The translations under genes were made by a program, and so were the position numbers. Below are positions 1 to 13,113 of a stretch of DNA of 64,000 bases, piece by piece (positions within the stretch are counted from its first letter, which is position 1; each line of letters starts with the position of its first letter). The notes below the pieces were generated by a model that was not told where the DNA came from, made no database searches, and saw only the letters and a list, made by a program, of their open reading frames with translations. The stretch comes from Antedon mediterranea. Taxonomy: Eukaryota > Animalia > Echinodermata. The stretch lies in assembly GCF_964355755.1 (NCBI RefSeq), contig NC_092675.1, positions 10,287,812-10,351,811 on the forward strand, given 5' to 3'.

Positions 1-510
1 AGTCTCTAGATTTTGTGCTAGTCTCTACATTTGTGCTAGTCTCTACATTTGTGCTAGTCTCTAGATTGTCTGCTAATCTCTACATTTTGTGCTAGTCTCT
101 AGATTTTGTGCTAATATCTAGATTTTGTGCTAGTATCTAGATTTTGTGATAGTCTCTAGATTGTGTGCTAGTCTCTAGATTTTGTGCTAGTCTCTACATT
201 TTCTGCTAATCTCTAGATTTTGTGCTAGTCTCTACATTTTCTGCTAATCTCTAGATTTTGTGCTAGTCTCTAGATTTTCTGCTAATCTCTAGATTTTGTG
301 CTAGTCTCTACAGTACATTTTGTGCTAGTCTCTAGATTTTCTGCTAGTCTTTAGATTTTGTGCTAGTCTCTAGATTTTGTGCTAGTCTCTACATTTTCTG
401 CTAATCTCTAGATTTTGTGCTAGTCTCTACAGTACATTTTGTGCTAGTCTCTAGATTTTCTGCTAGTCTTTAGATTTTCGGCTAGTCTCTAGATTTTTCT
501 GCTAGTCTCT
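1..510. repeat. 19-bp minisatellite (CTAGTCTCTAGATTTTGTG)n, truncated by window start
   Basis: Tandem units visible directly, with variants CTAGTCTCTACATTTTCTG and CTAATCTCTAGA. Confidence 0.95.
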
Positions 511-880
511 ATTATTATTTATCTTTTATTGACAACTGGGGATAACAGTGTCCAACATGGCATACAAATAGTAGGTGATACAAGCATTAAAATAGCAATA
601 ACAAACTTAAATAATATTTTCACTAACTTTAAGAACTTCATACATCGGATGAATATCAAGAGAAGGATTTAATGTGAAACAATATTTACTAAGTTTAGTA
701 CTCGTGGATTCTAACACACGGTTACGAATTCTTGTTATATCATTATTACGATGATCAGGAATCTCTAAAATACTACAAACATAACGATAAAATGGAGTTT
801 GAGTAAGTTGACATATTGACCATGCCAACATGAACGGGTCGTCATTCATATTCTCCCTTTCATTTAATATTTTATTAAAA
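511..880 (-). mobile_element. 3' fragment of a non-LTR retrotransposon (LINE)
   Basis: ORF 607-849 (STKLSKYCFTLNPSLDIHPMY) resembles LINE ORF2 C-terminal sequence; AATAAA and (AAT)n-like tail on the minus strand at about 511-530. Confidence 0.45.
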
Positions 881-1373
881 ACTAATATTGAACTAATGCA
901 TCACAATTTACTTAAGATTTTTTCTACCCTAAAAACATACAGTGGATGTGCAGCTGATTCTACAGTATAAAGTTGCTATTAATTAAAGTAGTAAACATTA
1001 GTTTGGAAGGAAAGGGCCTGCCACAGCACAATACAACCTAACACATGAATGTAGATCAATTATTTCATGAGATTGATGTTTTGTTAAGTCTAATTTTGTC
1101 TTCAAGTTCATTGAGAAATAGATCACTTACTGAATAAGTGGTGTAATTGTATACAAATAATGAATGTTTATGAGTGAAATGGTACAAATAATTTCATGAG
1201 GTGAAAGCTGAATGGTCTAATATTGATCTTTATTTGATTTTGATTTTTAAGTTGATCGAACATGATCAGTCAATAACAGTCTCTTGTCGCTTGTGGTTGC
1301 TCACAAACAATTATTTATTATCGTGTAACTCAAAATCCTCCAATCAAATAAAAAGAATCTACTAGGTATGTTA

Positions 1374-2816
1374 TCTATATATAAATTTACGTAAGGGCAA
1401 AATTCGGTAAATCTCGGTTTATTTCTAGAATTTCTACTCGATGGTATATAAAGTTGGTTCATACTTTCGGTACTGATTTTAACCATCTGATGTAACCCTG
1501 TTTACTAATTAAATTGAGTTAGGTAATTAGTTATTGACGATTAAAACGAATTTAGGTTCAACGATTTGCCCCAAATAGGGGTGTTTTTCGATCGTGGTAT
1601 ACACTGTCTAATGGATGTCCATCTTGAAAAATACCCGCCACAAAAATACGAGGAGGCTTCGCATTTTCCTATCTCCTCCTACGATAATTGTTTTTAATAG
1701 CTGAAAACTGGTTGAACAGCTAGAGTACAGCATCATAATGTTGAAGACAGGCCGATTTTCTTAAAAAAATACTATTTTGATAGATTTAATATACGATTAT
1801 ACAAATGTATTGATTTGCGATGAATGGAACATTCCAATCTCTGTTTCACAAGTGTCTATTCCCTCAGGCGTCGTAAAGGCAAGTACAGCACTGTATACTC
1901 GAAATTCGATCCATTTTTGTTTTCAATCTGTGCTGCAGAGGTTGGATATAATTTTTTTTTAAACGGATAATGAGCTAGCGTTTTCACTCGCCGTATATTA
2001 TGTACAAATCTTTATTATTGCAGTTAAACCACCCACATCATCACCTTTCCCTCACTGGCATGAGTAGCGTTGTAAAACCAGTAGAGAATAGGCCTACGGT
2101 ACATCACATGCCCTAAACGCAGAACAACTTTGGTGGGTAGGGTAGGAACCAACTTAAGTATGAATTGGCTCTAAGAAACAATTGAAAACCATTAGGCCTA
2201 CTAATTAAGTTGAGTTAGATAATTTAATATTTATTGACGATTAAATCGAATTTATGATTTTCCCCGAATAGAGGTGGTTTTCACAAATTGTTTTACATTA
2301 TATTATAAACATATACACGTCGTAGTGATGTATCGTTACATGTGCTGTACTATTTCAATCGACTAGGACGGTGATAGTTTCAACAAAGTATTACATCGCA
2401 ATGTTTTACTGTGTTTAGTGGTATATTATTTGTAAAACATGAAAGCAATTAATATTTCGTTACTAAATGGATAAAGAATATATTTTAACATTGTTCCTCT
2501 TTGCACCCATCCTCTTCCCCATCCCTCAACCCTAATGTTACATACAAAACACAAATTAAGTTTTTTTAAATTTGACTTAAACAATTGGTCTTATTTTGTG
2601 ACAAGTTTCTCTTTCGGAAGTAATAAGGTGCTAATTTTAGTTGAGTACATAAATCACAGTGTCTATTTATTCGTTCCTGTACACGACATGTATTATTGTC
2701 CTGCGGTACGTACATTTGAAATCGCCAGTTTTTTAACGCTGAAATTATTATGTATTCGAGAACCATCTGTGGGCACGACCTAGATGGTACGCGAGCGAAG
2801 CGAGCGTACCATCTAG
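1374..2816 (+). mobile_element. Non-autonomous Helitron, copy 1
   Basis: Starts A|TCTATATATAAAT; ends with the hairpin CTAGATGGTACGC-GAGCGAAGCGA-GCGTACCATCTAG and terminal CTAG; no TSD. Confidence 0.85.
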
Positions 2817-4337
2817 TCTATATATAAATTTACGTAAGGGCAAAATTCGGTAAATCGCGCCTTACTTCCTGAATTTTTACTCGATGGTATATAAAGTTGG
2901 TTCGTACTTTCGGTACTAATTTTAACCACCTGATGTAACCCTGTTTACTAATTAAATTAAGTTAGATAATTAGTTATTGACAATTAAAACGAATTTAGGT
3001 TCAATGATTTGCCCCAAATAGGGGTGTTTTCCCGATCGTGGTATACACTGTCTAATGGATGTCCATCTTGAAAAATACCCGCCACAAAAATGCGAGGAGG
3101 CTTCGCATTTTCCTATCTCCTCCTACGATAATTGTTTATAATAGCTAAAAACTGGTTGAACAGCTAGAGTACAGCATCATAATGTTGAAGACAGGCCGAT
3201 TTTCTTAAAAAAATACTATTTTGATAGATTTAATATACGATTATACAAATGTATTGATTTGCGATGAATGGAACATCCCAATCTCTCAGGCCCTGTTCAG
3301 ACCCATGGCGTTAGACCGTTTTAGCGTACGACGCTAAAAGAATGTGTGTCTGAACAGTTGGGGATTAGCGTACAACGCGTCGTACAACGGTTGTAGCGTT
3401 GTAGTGGAAAACGGTTGATAGTACCGTTTTAGCGTGCGACGCTACTGTAAGTCAACGTTGTATCCAATCAGAACGTTTCCTGTTATGACGCGAAACAAGG
3501 TTTGACCTAGGCTGACATCTTGTATCGTCACTGTGTGTAATGGATTTCAATAACAAAAAGGCCAGAATAAATAAGGCCTAACTACACTACAAATACAACT
3601 GTTACAAAGGCTACAAACTATTATCAACTGATTACCATTATATTTTCTAACAAATGACATAAATACATGCACCTTGTATTTAAACATAGGGACTACGATC
3701 CCATCTGCTTTTAGGCCTAGCTAGGCCTAGAGCCATTCACGCATTTCATTCAAACTAAAAACTAGCGTGGGACATCAAGTCACTCATTGATACAAGGCAG
3801 ACTAGACTGGACAAGTTTAATGCTGAAACCCCCTAACTCCTAAAAAAGATCAGTAAACAAACAAGGGGAGCTGTGTCCCTTTTATTAGCAAGTTAAGGGT
3901 TATTTTCAACCGACTGGACCAAAGAATATATATCTTTGACTGGACTGGATAGACTAATCACAATCATTTTTTTCTTCATCATTATTACGAGGCCTGCTTT
4001 ATTTTCGGTGACTACTTCTTCGCATGCAGCTAAAGTAAAATGACGTCACGTTAAAGTGTGTCGTCACAGAGTCTCATGCATATGCAAAAGAAATGTTTTC
4101 TCTCTGCTTCTTGATTGCGCGATGATGATTTTACAGAAGTAATTCCCAGGGTGCTAATTTTAGTTGACTACATAAATCATCGTGTCTATTTATTCGTTTC
4201 TGTAAACGACAGTGTATTGTCCTGCGGTACGTACATTTGAAATCGCCAGTTTTGTTACGCTGAAATTACTGTGTATTCGAGAACCATCTGTGGGCACGAC
4301 CTAGATGGTACGCGAGCGAAGCGAGCATACCATCTAG
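2817..4337 (+). mobile_element. Non-autonomous Helitron, copy 2 (head-to-tail with copy 1)
   Basis: TC start directly abuts the CTAG of copy 1. The first ~470 bp and last ~190 bp match copy 1 but the middle differs. Ends CTAG|T. Confidence 0.85.
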
Positions 4338-4407
4338 TAAAAATAATTATATTAATTCTGAAAAACATGCTCATTAGCCTTTTTTGCAAACAATTCTTAC
4401 ATAATTA

Positions 4408-5688
4408 GGCCAAAAAAAAAAAAATAGTTGTCATCCGCCGCCCCTAATTTCGCCAAAAATTTGGGGCGGAGATAAGAAAAAGTTTTTTTTTACGTTGAGG
4501 GCGCTTTAAAAAAAAAAGGTTTTTTATGATTTTTTTGGGCCGAAAAGGTGTAAAAATCGAGTGTGCGAGGATGAAACAATAAAAATAATAACGTAGCGTA
4601 TATTTCGGTGTATAATCGCACTTTTGACACGCAAATTTAACCTCTAAATTAAGGGTGCGTCTTTATACACCGAACATAAATGCCTCAACACACAGATATC
4701 GCCACCTCGTTGGCTAGGCCTGGGCTTTTTAAGGTAAGGCCTAGGCCTATTAGTATTACTAAAGTCTAAAGAGAGGCCTAGCCTAGCTACAGTGTACTAG
4801 CGTAACAGCAACCTGCTAGTTTTCAAGGCATTTTAGCGTGATTTTGAACTAAATATGATGAAAAGATTTGTTCATTATGGAGCTGTTTTAGGCGCTCCGA
4901 TAAAATTTCATTTGTAAACGTTTACGATTGGAATAGTATTATAGTTATACGCACGACCGTCGTACCCATAGCGCGAGCGAGCCCTTCTTGGCAACCACAT
5001 TGTGTACACAGTATTCGACTAGTATCTCCAGTTGATTATAGCAAGACCTAGCGTACACACTTCTAGGATACATAGATACTAATCGAATACGATTGTCCGT
5101 GAAAACGTGCGCCTCTCGATAAAAGGATCGAGCGATCGAGGCTAGCCCACACACACGTGCGGTCATGCACTCAATGTTGCGGGTGCGAAACTCATGAATA
5201 ACAAGTTAGAAAGAACTGACGGAATGGGGGACTTCCCTTCTTGTTGAGGCTGGGCGCGGCCGTCTTATACATCGACGATATACAAAACACCGATATTTTA
5301 CTCTCAGTTAGGGGGTGCGTCTTATACACAGGTGCGACTTATACACCGAAATACACGGTACACTAACTTCTAAAATATTTAATTAGGCCTGCTAACAACG
5401 ACCTACTGTGTAGTAGTAGGCCTAGCCTAGGCTAGTTTAGACACAGGGCCTAACACGCCCAAAACAGAATTAAAGTGTGAACCAAATTATGAATAGATGT
5501 TTGAGCTCGTTGTTTTATTCAGTGTGTTTTGTTACTCTCAAATTCGCGTACAATTAACAGAGAAATTAACATTAAAAAAACAAAAACAAAAAACAAAAAC
5601 ACTTTTTTCCACCCGCCCCCACCCCCCCCCCCCCTACCAAAAAAAAAAAAAAAAATTTACAGCAAACAAACAATTTTTTTTTTAGGCC
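4408..5688. mobile_element. PIF/Harbinger-type MITE
   Basis: Termini GGCCAAAAAAAA... and ...TTTTTTTTAGGCC, flanked by a TTA duplication (4405-4407, 5689-5691). Confidence 0.65.
4596..5358. mobile_element. Tc1/mariner (pogo/Tigger-like) MITE nested in the Harbinger MITE
   Basis: ~27-bp TIRs GCGTATATTTCGGTGTATAATCGCAC / GTGCGACTTATACACCGAAATACACGG; TA on both flanks. Confidence 0.75.
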
Positions 5689-7419
5689 TTACCACAAAAT
5701 AGATTTAAATGAAGTAGAGCAGACCGTATTCATTAATTGTTGATTGTGTATAATCTAGGAATTTTGTTTAAATAACAACAAATTATTTAATAAATTTCAT
5801 TAGATACTAAATAATATCACGTCATTTTAGACCAGGTGTCTCTTTTAAAGACATTCAATATAATCTATTTATGAAAAAAATATTGAACTTTAGGAATTAT
5901 TGAATAATTACTACACTGGCCATTATTATAATATTCACTATGATAATAAATTATTTTGCATAAATAATTAGAAAAGGCTTACAATACGAGTCATTATTTT
6001 TAAACAATTCATTACTTTAAACTGGTATTGTTTCTATTTAGAGTAATAATGTCAATAATCCATAGACACACAGTAATTTCCATATGTAAAACAAAATATA
6101 ATACATTTTTAATTTGTCTTTTCCAAAATCCTATCTCTATTCTTCTAATATCTGACTATTAATAATCAATACATATAAAGTGCATACATAAAGTGCATTA
6201 TTTTGTAACTGATGTATTTTGTAATAATATTCAACTTTTATTTAAAAATCTTTTATATTACATAATTCATATCTTATTGTTATTATTTTCAAGACCTTTT
6301 TTGTCTTCTACATTTATTATTAAACCAGGTCGTTGTTGTAAGAGTTGCCGTCCATTGTACAATGTACACAATGAAGTTTGATGGTACTGTAGGTAAATAA
6401 ATGAGGTGAAACAAAGTAGTTTAAAGATGGAATTCTTCAACTAAGTTGATGCCATCTATCAATTACATTGTAATAAGTTTGTCATGTTTAAATAGCTTAC
6501 AAAGCATAGAAGATACATCACTATCAAGTAGTAGGACAAACAGCCAGACGCTATCCAGTTGTATTTTAATGCAATAAGATACTGTATTGGTGGATATTTT
6601 CTATATTTCAAATTTTCTTATTCAGATTTTTATTCTTATGTAATTAATTTAATTTTTTTGGTTTTTGTTTTTCTTTAACCTTTCCGTTTTTGATGTATTT
6701 TGTGTATTGTATCTGTTCTGAGGGTCCCAAATGATCCAGATGCTGGATGGATCACCCTCATTTAATATGGTTAAAATAAAAAATAAAATTAAAAAAAAAC
6801 AATGTTACTTTGTTTCTTCTATATACATGATTGGGATTATTATAGGCCATGTAAATATTTGAATGTGTCTAAAAGATGATTACCATTTGGAGGATTTTAA
6901 ACGTTATGAATTCCCGAAGACCGTGAATATATCGCCAATAAATCATTAATTAGTAATTATTTGCCTTTATACTCGGGGATTTAAAAAGTTATATTTCACC
7001 TCTAAACAGGCAATAAATATAATAAACATAAATCAATATTTTTTCTATACAATAAAAAAAGGAAGGAGAAAAGTTAATACATGTGGATAATTTATACAGC
7101 AAATAGACATTAGGAGTTGTTTTATTATCTGTAATTCCGTTTATGAAGGTTCTGTAACAAGTACGGCAAAGCTTATTAACACTAACATTTTACAGCATTA
7201 GCATCCCTGGAGAGATGTACAAGTTTAATTGTTGAGAGAGACAACCTAAATACTAATGTAGTATTACTGTTTTGTCATAGGGACATTGTTGAATATGTCT
7301 TCAGAAAAATTTTAATTCATCTAGAATTTATAATGCAATTTCTTCAAGGTTATTAATAAAAGTAGCTAATAGTTACACAAATAAATAATTTAATCAATAT
7401 TTTAAAAAATTAAATATAT

Positions 7420-7867
7420 AATATTAAAATACTAACCTACAACAGCGGAACATGGGGTTTAACCAAAGAAGAGGAAACTAAATTAGATACATCATAGACG
7501 CCAATTAAGGCATATATTAAGAGTTTTGCATCCACAAAGGATTTCTAACATACATTTGTATATAAAAGATGCAACGCACGACCCTTATCTTTAGAAATCG
7601 TCGAAGCGCGATGGAAGCTTTTCGGACATATTATTGAGACAAGATAGGAATACACCAGCAAATCTGGCCATAAAGTTCTAGTTTACAAACACAAAACACA
7701 AAAAATACAGAGGTAGGTCTAATGCACACTTCCAGTTACTTTAAACAATGACATAAAAAAGGTGAACTCCCCTAGCATGATGAGGCTGGAGACAATGAAA
7801 GATGTTGACTATTTTAGAAAGTTGGCCAACAAACGAAAGGAATGGAGAAATCTGGTACAAAGACTAA
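7420..7867 (+). mobile_element. RTE-clade LINE 3' fragment (decayed); continues at 12935-13000
   Basis: Frameshifted translation ILTYNSGTWGLTKEEETKLD...ARWKLFGHI...YRGR...KRKEWRNLV is typical of the RTE ORF C-terminus. The reading resumes after the inserted element. Confidence 0.7.
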
Positions 7868-8563
7868 TAGTAGAGAGGCCAAATACACAAAAGTCCTCTA
7901 TAAAAAGTTTGGGGGGCATTTTTTGTTAATAGCAGGCAACCATGTTGAATGTATCCTTTGTGGGGTGACAAAAACGATAGGGGTGGATGCCATCTTCAGT
8001 TTTGGGTTTTAAGGTCAGTTTATGTGGTCAAGAGGTCAAACAAGGTCAAAATATAGGATTTTTTTTTATTCACGGAAAATCATCTACATCATCAGATCTA
8101 TCCAAAAAGGTATATCTGAAGATCAACTGATGCTTCATATTATAGTAATTATGAGATAAACATTTAATTTTACACATAAAAACATAGGAAATTAAATATA
8201 AAAGTGTCATTTTCTCAAAATGTTGTTTTCACATATTTCTGTAAAGTACACACAGTTTTTTAATAGGCTTTTCCCAGTCATTGTAAATTTGTCTTTTTCA
8301 TGTTGTCCACCAGTCATCGTTTTGATTTTTGTCGGAAAAAATAGGTCAAGTGTTATATGTATGAAACGCCATATGTGCCAAAAGATTGGTCTTTTACTAT
8401 AATATTAATATTACCTATAATAATTAATGTAATACAGTAATATTTAGAAATTTGTTTTTAGAAAAATTATTAATATTACCTATAATAATGTAATAATACT
8501 TAGAATTTGTTTTTAGAAAAATTTCGAAAACAGAGACCCCCTATATGAACAAGTTTTTATTGA

Positions 8564-8568
<5 letters not shown>

Positions 8569-8596
<28 letters not shown>

Positions 8597-10093
8597 TGAA
8601 CACTTTCATATTTAAATTTAAAAAATAGCTTAAAATAATAACACTTTCTTATTAATAGTAATACACAATATAAATAATAACACTTTTTAAATAATAATAA
8701 TATATAATATACATTTCTCTTAAGAACAAACTATAAATAATTTCATGATGTAATAAATATAAATCTACTTTTTCTTTTTTCTTAAAAACAAAGTCTATAA
8801 ATAATTTGTTGTCAATTTTTTTTTTTTATAACATATTTCAACTAAATAATTTAATTAAACATAAAACTTTCTTATTCAAATATATATTTATAACTTACTA
8901 AATAAACAGATCATAAAAGTGTATAAATAATTCAGGATTAAAAAACATATTATAAAAAACAGTACTAAGTCCTTTTTTTTTTAATGCAAAGTTACCAGTC
9001 AATAAGTTCATGTTTTTCCTAGAAAGGACTCCATTTGTTTAAGTAAGTATGATGCTCCCCTTTGGTTTTCAAAATAAATTCTTCTTGTTTAACGTGTAAC
9101 TTAATCTCATTCACGAATCGAACAATATTGGGCTTAATTTTTCTCATTTTACAGCTATATATGTAGTGTCGACAAATTAGTAAAATAGTATTTAGGGCTT
9201 TAAATGGTTTTTTTCTAACTCCAAAAAGGCATAATTCGGGGTTGATAATTACATTTATATTAAAATATGATTTCAACCATTGTTTAATCTTTCTCCAAAA
9301 TATTTTAATTTCACAGCATTGTGCAAAAATATGTATTAAGGTTTCTGTTTCTGCTTTACATAAAGCACATAAAGGTGAGTCAATTTTCCCAATTTTATAC
9401 AAAAAGGAGTTATTACCTAAAATTCTATGCACAATTTTATATTGAAACCAGATTAGTGGTGTGGACATAGTAAGTGAGAAAAACATGGTATTAATAATTT
9501 CCCACTCTTTATCAACATATAAAGTATCCAATGCCTTCTCCCACTTAATTTTAGCTTTCGATTGTTTTTTTCTAGAGTTGATTAGAGTATTATAAATTAG
9601 CTTTGATCCTTTTTTATTTTTTATTACTACGCTAAGGTTAAAAGGTAGTAGTGGGCTATTTATTTTTCCTTTTGGAGAAATTTGATATAAAGACGTATGT
9701 TGTCTGACCGCATGTATTAGGCCTTCATATTGAAGAAAGTTGATGTTAAGATTATGACGTTTACTAAGTTGTTTTAATGGAGTTATTCCATGTCTATCAA
9801 CTAAATCATTTATAAAATTCACCCCATGATTACTCCAGTTTTTATAATAGATACTTTCTCCGCCGACTTTAATATTATCATTCATCCAGAGTGTTTGTCT
9901 ACATATCGATTCGGTGCTCATAGGAGTGTTGTGTTTCACAAATACGCACCACGCCTTTATTACATCCAGCCAAAATGCACTAACCGTCTAACCCACGTGA
10001 TTTTTACCGATTGAATATATGCGTTTATATCGACCATTCGTAAGCCTCCAAATTTATTTTCTTGTATAAGTTGATCTCTGGATATTCTATCTA
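8569..10093 (-). mobile_element. 5'-truncated L1/Tx1-type LINE with poly(A) tail and 15-bp TSD
   Basis: TSD TTTTTATTGAAGTTT at 8554-8568 and 10094-10108; poly(T) on the plus strand; KFGGLRMVDI motif near the 5' junction; ORF 9019-9939. Confidence 0.9.
9019..9939 (-). CDS. L1/Tx1 ORF2 C-terminal fragment (zf-RVT region), TE remnant
   Basis: LWMNDNIKVGG, WFQYKIVHRILG, CALCKAETETLIHIFAQC (CCHC zinc knuckle), YIYSCK. Confidence 0.85.
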   Translation of the reverse strand: MKHNTPMSTESICRQTLWMNDNIKVGGESIYYKNWSNHGVNFINDLVDRHGITPLKQLSKRHNLNINFLQYEGLIHAVRQHTSLYQISPKGKINSPLLPFNLSVVIKNKKGSKLIYNTLINSRKKQSKAKIKWEKALDTLYVDKEWEIINTMFFSLTMSTPLIWFQYKIVHRILGNNSFLYKIGKIDSPLCALCKAETETLIHIFAQCCEIKIFWRKIKQWLKSYFNINVIINPELCLFGVRKKPFKALNTILLICRHYIYSCKMRKIKPNIVRFVNEIKLHVKQEEFILKTKGEHHTYLNKWSPF

Positions 10094-10479
10094 TTTTTAT
10101 TGAAGTTTGTTGTTTCAAGAAATCTCGAAAGAGAAACCTGGGTATCGAGTCTTTGCTTTCAAAAACCCTAACTATTGGACTTTATCAAGGTTGGAAGGAG
10201 TGGTAATTGGGGACTTCTTCTTGAGGCCTTCGCATCTATGCTATCATGGCTGACGGTGATAACAAATATAAAACTCCTTAAGTAATTAAGAAGTCCTTTA
10301 TACACATGGATAAAGACGGTTTTAACGTTATTTACAAACATTACGTTACGTACTGTGTCCAGGTATGAAATCCATTTCTCCAAAAAGACATAAACGCACT
10401 TGAAGAGGACAACGTCATGCGACAAATCAAATTCCAGCTATCTATTCTTATTCATATGAAGATTGTTTAAAGTTTCTTG

Positions 10480-10800
10480 GCCTAACAACCCTGTATGACA
10501 GACGAATTCATGGTGACTTGATTGAAAATTTTCAAAAGATTTCGAGGGTGTAGCCAAGGAAGACTTCCTTCAAATGAGATGCAATCTAAGCAGAAATACA
10601 CGAGGACATCAGCTTAGACTTTTTAAACCTAAACTTCACAAAGGACTGATAGGAGATCCACTTTTTCACAATTAGTAATTATATATTTTAATAGTTTGCC
10701 AACCAAAGTCGTCATTTCTGAAACTACCAACACATTTAAAAACCGATTGGATTCGTTGTAGAAATGAGGTTAAAAGGGTAAACAAATTTACCTATCTAAA
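10480..10800 (+). mobile_element. CR1-clade LINE 3' fragment
   Basis: Translation NTRGHQLRLFKP...NSLPTKVVISETTNTFKNRLD is the typical CR1 ORF2 end. Confidence 0.75.
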
Positions 10801-13113
10801 CTATCAGAACCAATATTCTAAACACTGAGTGGATGATTGATCAATTCAAAATAGAATCATTGGTATAACATGAAACGCTGTTAAATTCATTGATAGGTTC
10901 TGCATGACATAGTCAGACTGATCACGAATCACACATAATACACAATATTCTTTCGAACTGACAGATGATAAGGAAGATCTTATATTTAAAGTAACAACTT
11001 ATTGGAAGAAAAAAAACAGTAGAACTTAGAACTTCATGAGCCACTGAGAAAGCATCGCTCTAAACCTTTGCGGATTTCTATAAGGCAACAGTTTCGATAA
11101 AGTATATAAAAACTGACAGAAAATCTGCTGATCAACCATTGGAGTATGATCATAGCCCAATTTTAATATCTTTAACCAAATATGACTTCACATATCTTGA
11201 TGGATGGCGTTGAAATACCGACAGATGTTCCAGAAGAAAACTTACAGTAAAAACATGATGGTCATGCACTATAGGATGCAGTAAACATGGCTGTAAACAT
11301 TTGGTGACTATGCAAGTATTTATTCAAGTTACCTAGATATTTCATCATTTTGTTGTATTTGATCATTACATTGGAAAGGGGTGGATAAAAGCAGTGACAC
11401 GATTGAAAGGATAGTCCCAATGTACTAATCTGTACTTCCGTATGTGTTTTGGGCCACACTCATCGGTTTGAAGGAGAACAAATATCACAAAGTTTTTAGA
11501 CATTCTTTATGTCAATAACAAAGAGCTTGCAATTATACATGAAAGTTGATGTTAATTAATGATATGCACTTTGTAACAGTAGCCTTAAAAGTATGGACGA
11601 TGTCTGGTATAGTGAACAATAAAGTGGTTGAAAACCTATTAAGAATAATCTAACCAGGTTCCATGCTATTACAGGTTGCAGCACGTCATTATTTGCTGGT
11701 TATGGGAAGAGGTCATACTAGAAATCATTTGTAACGCATCCACTCCTTGTAAATGGAATTGATTAAGATTAAGACTTTCCACGTACAGTGTACACTAAAG
11801 TTTAATATTGCCAAATATATGGTACTCTTGAGCAGAACTGTATAATAACAGACTACTCTTTGGTGCTACCTCCATCTAGACTCAGTGACCATATACCATT
11901 AACACTAGTGATATATATTTCCCTTAAATATTAAGTATTTCACTTCACTCAATAAATATTTAAGTACCTGTATTTCTACTTCGGGAAACACTTAAAATTA
12001 AAAAAACTCGCCTATGGTGAATACAGACATCATAGAACCTAAACATACGAGCCAACTATCAGGCAGAGCTATCAGTAGGCCTATGTGGCCTAAATGAATC
12101 GGGTCGTTTGGAAGCCCCTAACCCAGTAGTCAGTTTGGAACTTGTTACATGTGTATGTAAACTAAAGAGCCAGATGAAGTTGTTACAGAAAGCATGCATA
12201 TGTGGTTGTGATTCAATCGTTTGCCGTTACCCAGATGGCTAGTAGGCATTATATATCAGTGCTTGAAGGAATACCCACCTCAGAGCGTTACCTCCTTCCA
12301 TCCCAGAAAAATTTCGAATATTGGCATGTGCCCATGCCGCCCATTACTCCCAACCCACAAACCCTCTGTGACCGTTTTTAAATGAAATTTAAGACATTCC
12401 AGTAGGCCTCCAATTTCGGTTATTTTGATACTCTAGGACTCATCCTCTCCATTCCTTGAACACCTTCCAGGAGTGACTCAAAAAGTTTAAAATCTTCCCA
12501 GTACAATTCTGGTCTTTTTGACACCACACTATAACCATCAGCTCCAGGCTATCATGAAAATTATATTTATTTCAATTATTAATACCGATAATTAACAGGT
12601 ATGTGCTCTATTTGACCTTATGACCTTGAAAATGACCTTTAAACTTGTAAGTTGAAAAATTGATGAACTTCAGCATCTACAGCAATATGTCAATAATGAT
12701 CAAATAATGGTTACATTTCTTTTAATTAGCTTATATGTTGTTGAAAACAGCTTAAACCTCTATTTTACCATATTTGACCTTATAACCTTGAAAATGACCT
12801 TTGACCTGAAATTTGAGAGCGGCATCCACCCCTATCTTTTTTGTCATCCCATAAGGGATATATTCCACATGGTTGCCTGCTATTAACAGAAAATGCCCCC
12901 CATGATGAAAAAGCTCACATTGGCCGCCCTACTATAAGCATGGCAGGCAGCCCAGGCAAAGAAATCAGACGATTACTTGGCGAAAAGGCACTAAATATAT
13001 ATATCAATATAATATTAAAATGTCTTAAATTCTTCTCTTCTTATATATAATTTCCCAGAAGTATACCAAAACAAAATTGAATGAATGTAAAAGATAATTA
13101 CTGTATTATATTA

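Larger units (their letters stand above)
7868..12934 (+). mobile_element. Decayed Academ-like DNA transposon
   Basis: Termini TAGTAGAGAGGCCAA / TTGGCCGCCCTACTA; long imperfect TIRs (7911-7992 vs 12821-12901); TAA on both flanks; decayed coding motifs FHAITGC.STS.FAGYGK (~11655), LPPS, RANYQA (~12048), CICGC. Confidence 0.7.

Noticed and set aside
9019-9939. Domesticated host gene
   Set aside because: Bounded by a TSD and poly(A) tail, with no RT or endonuclease core; an ordinary 5'-truncated insertion.
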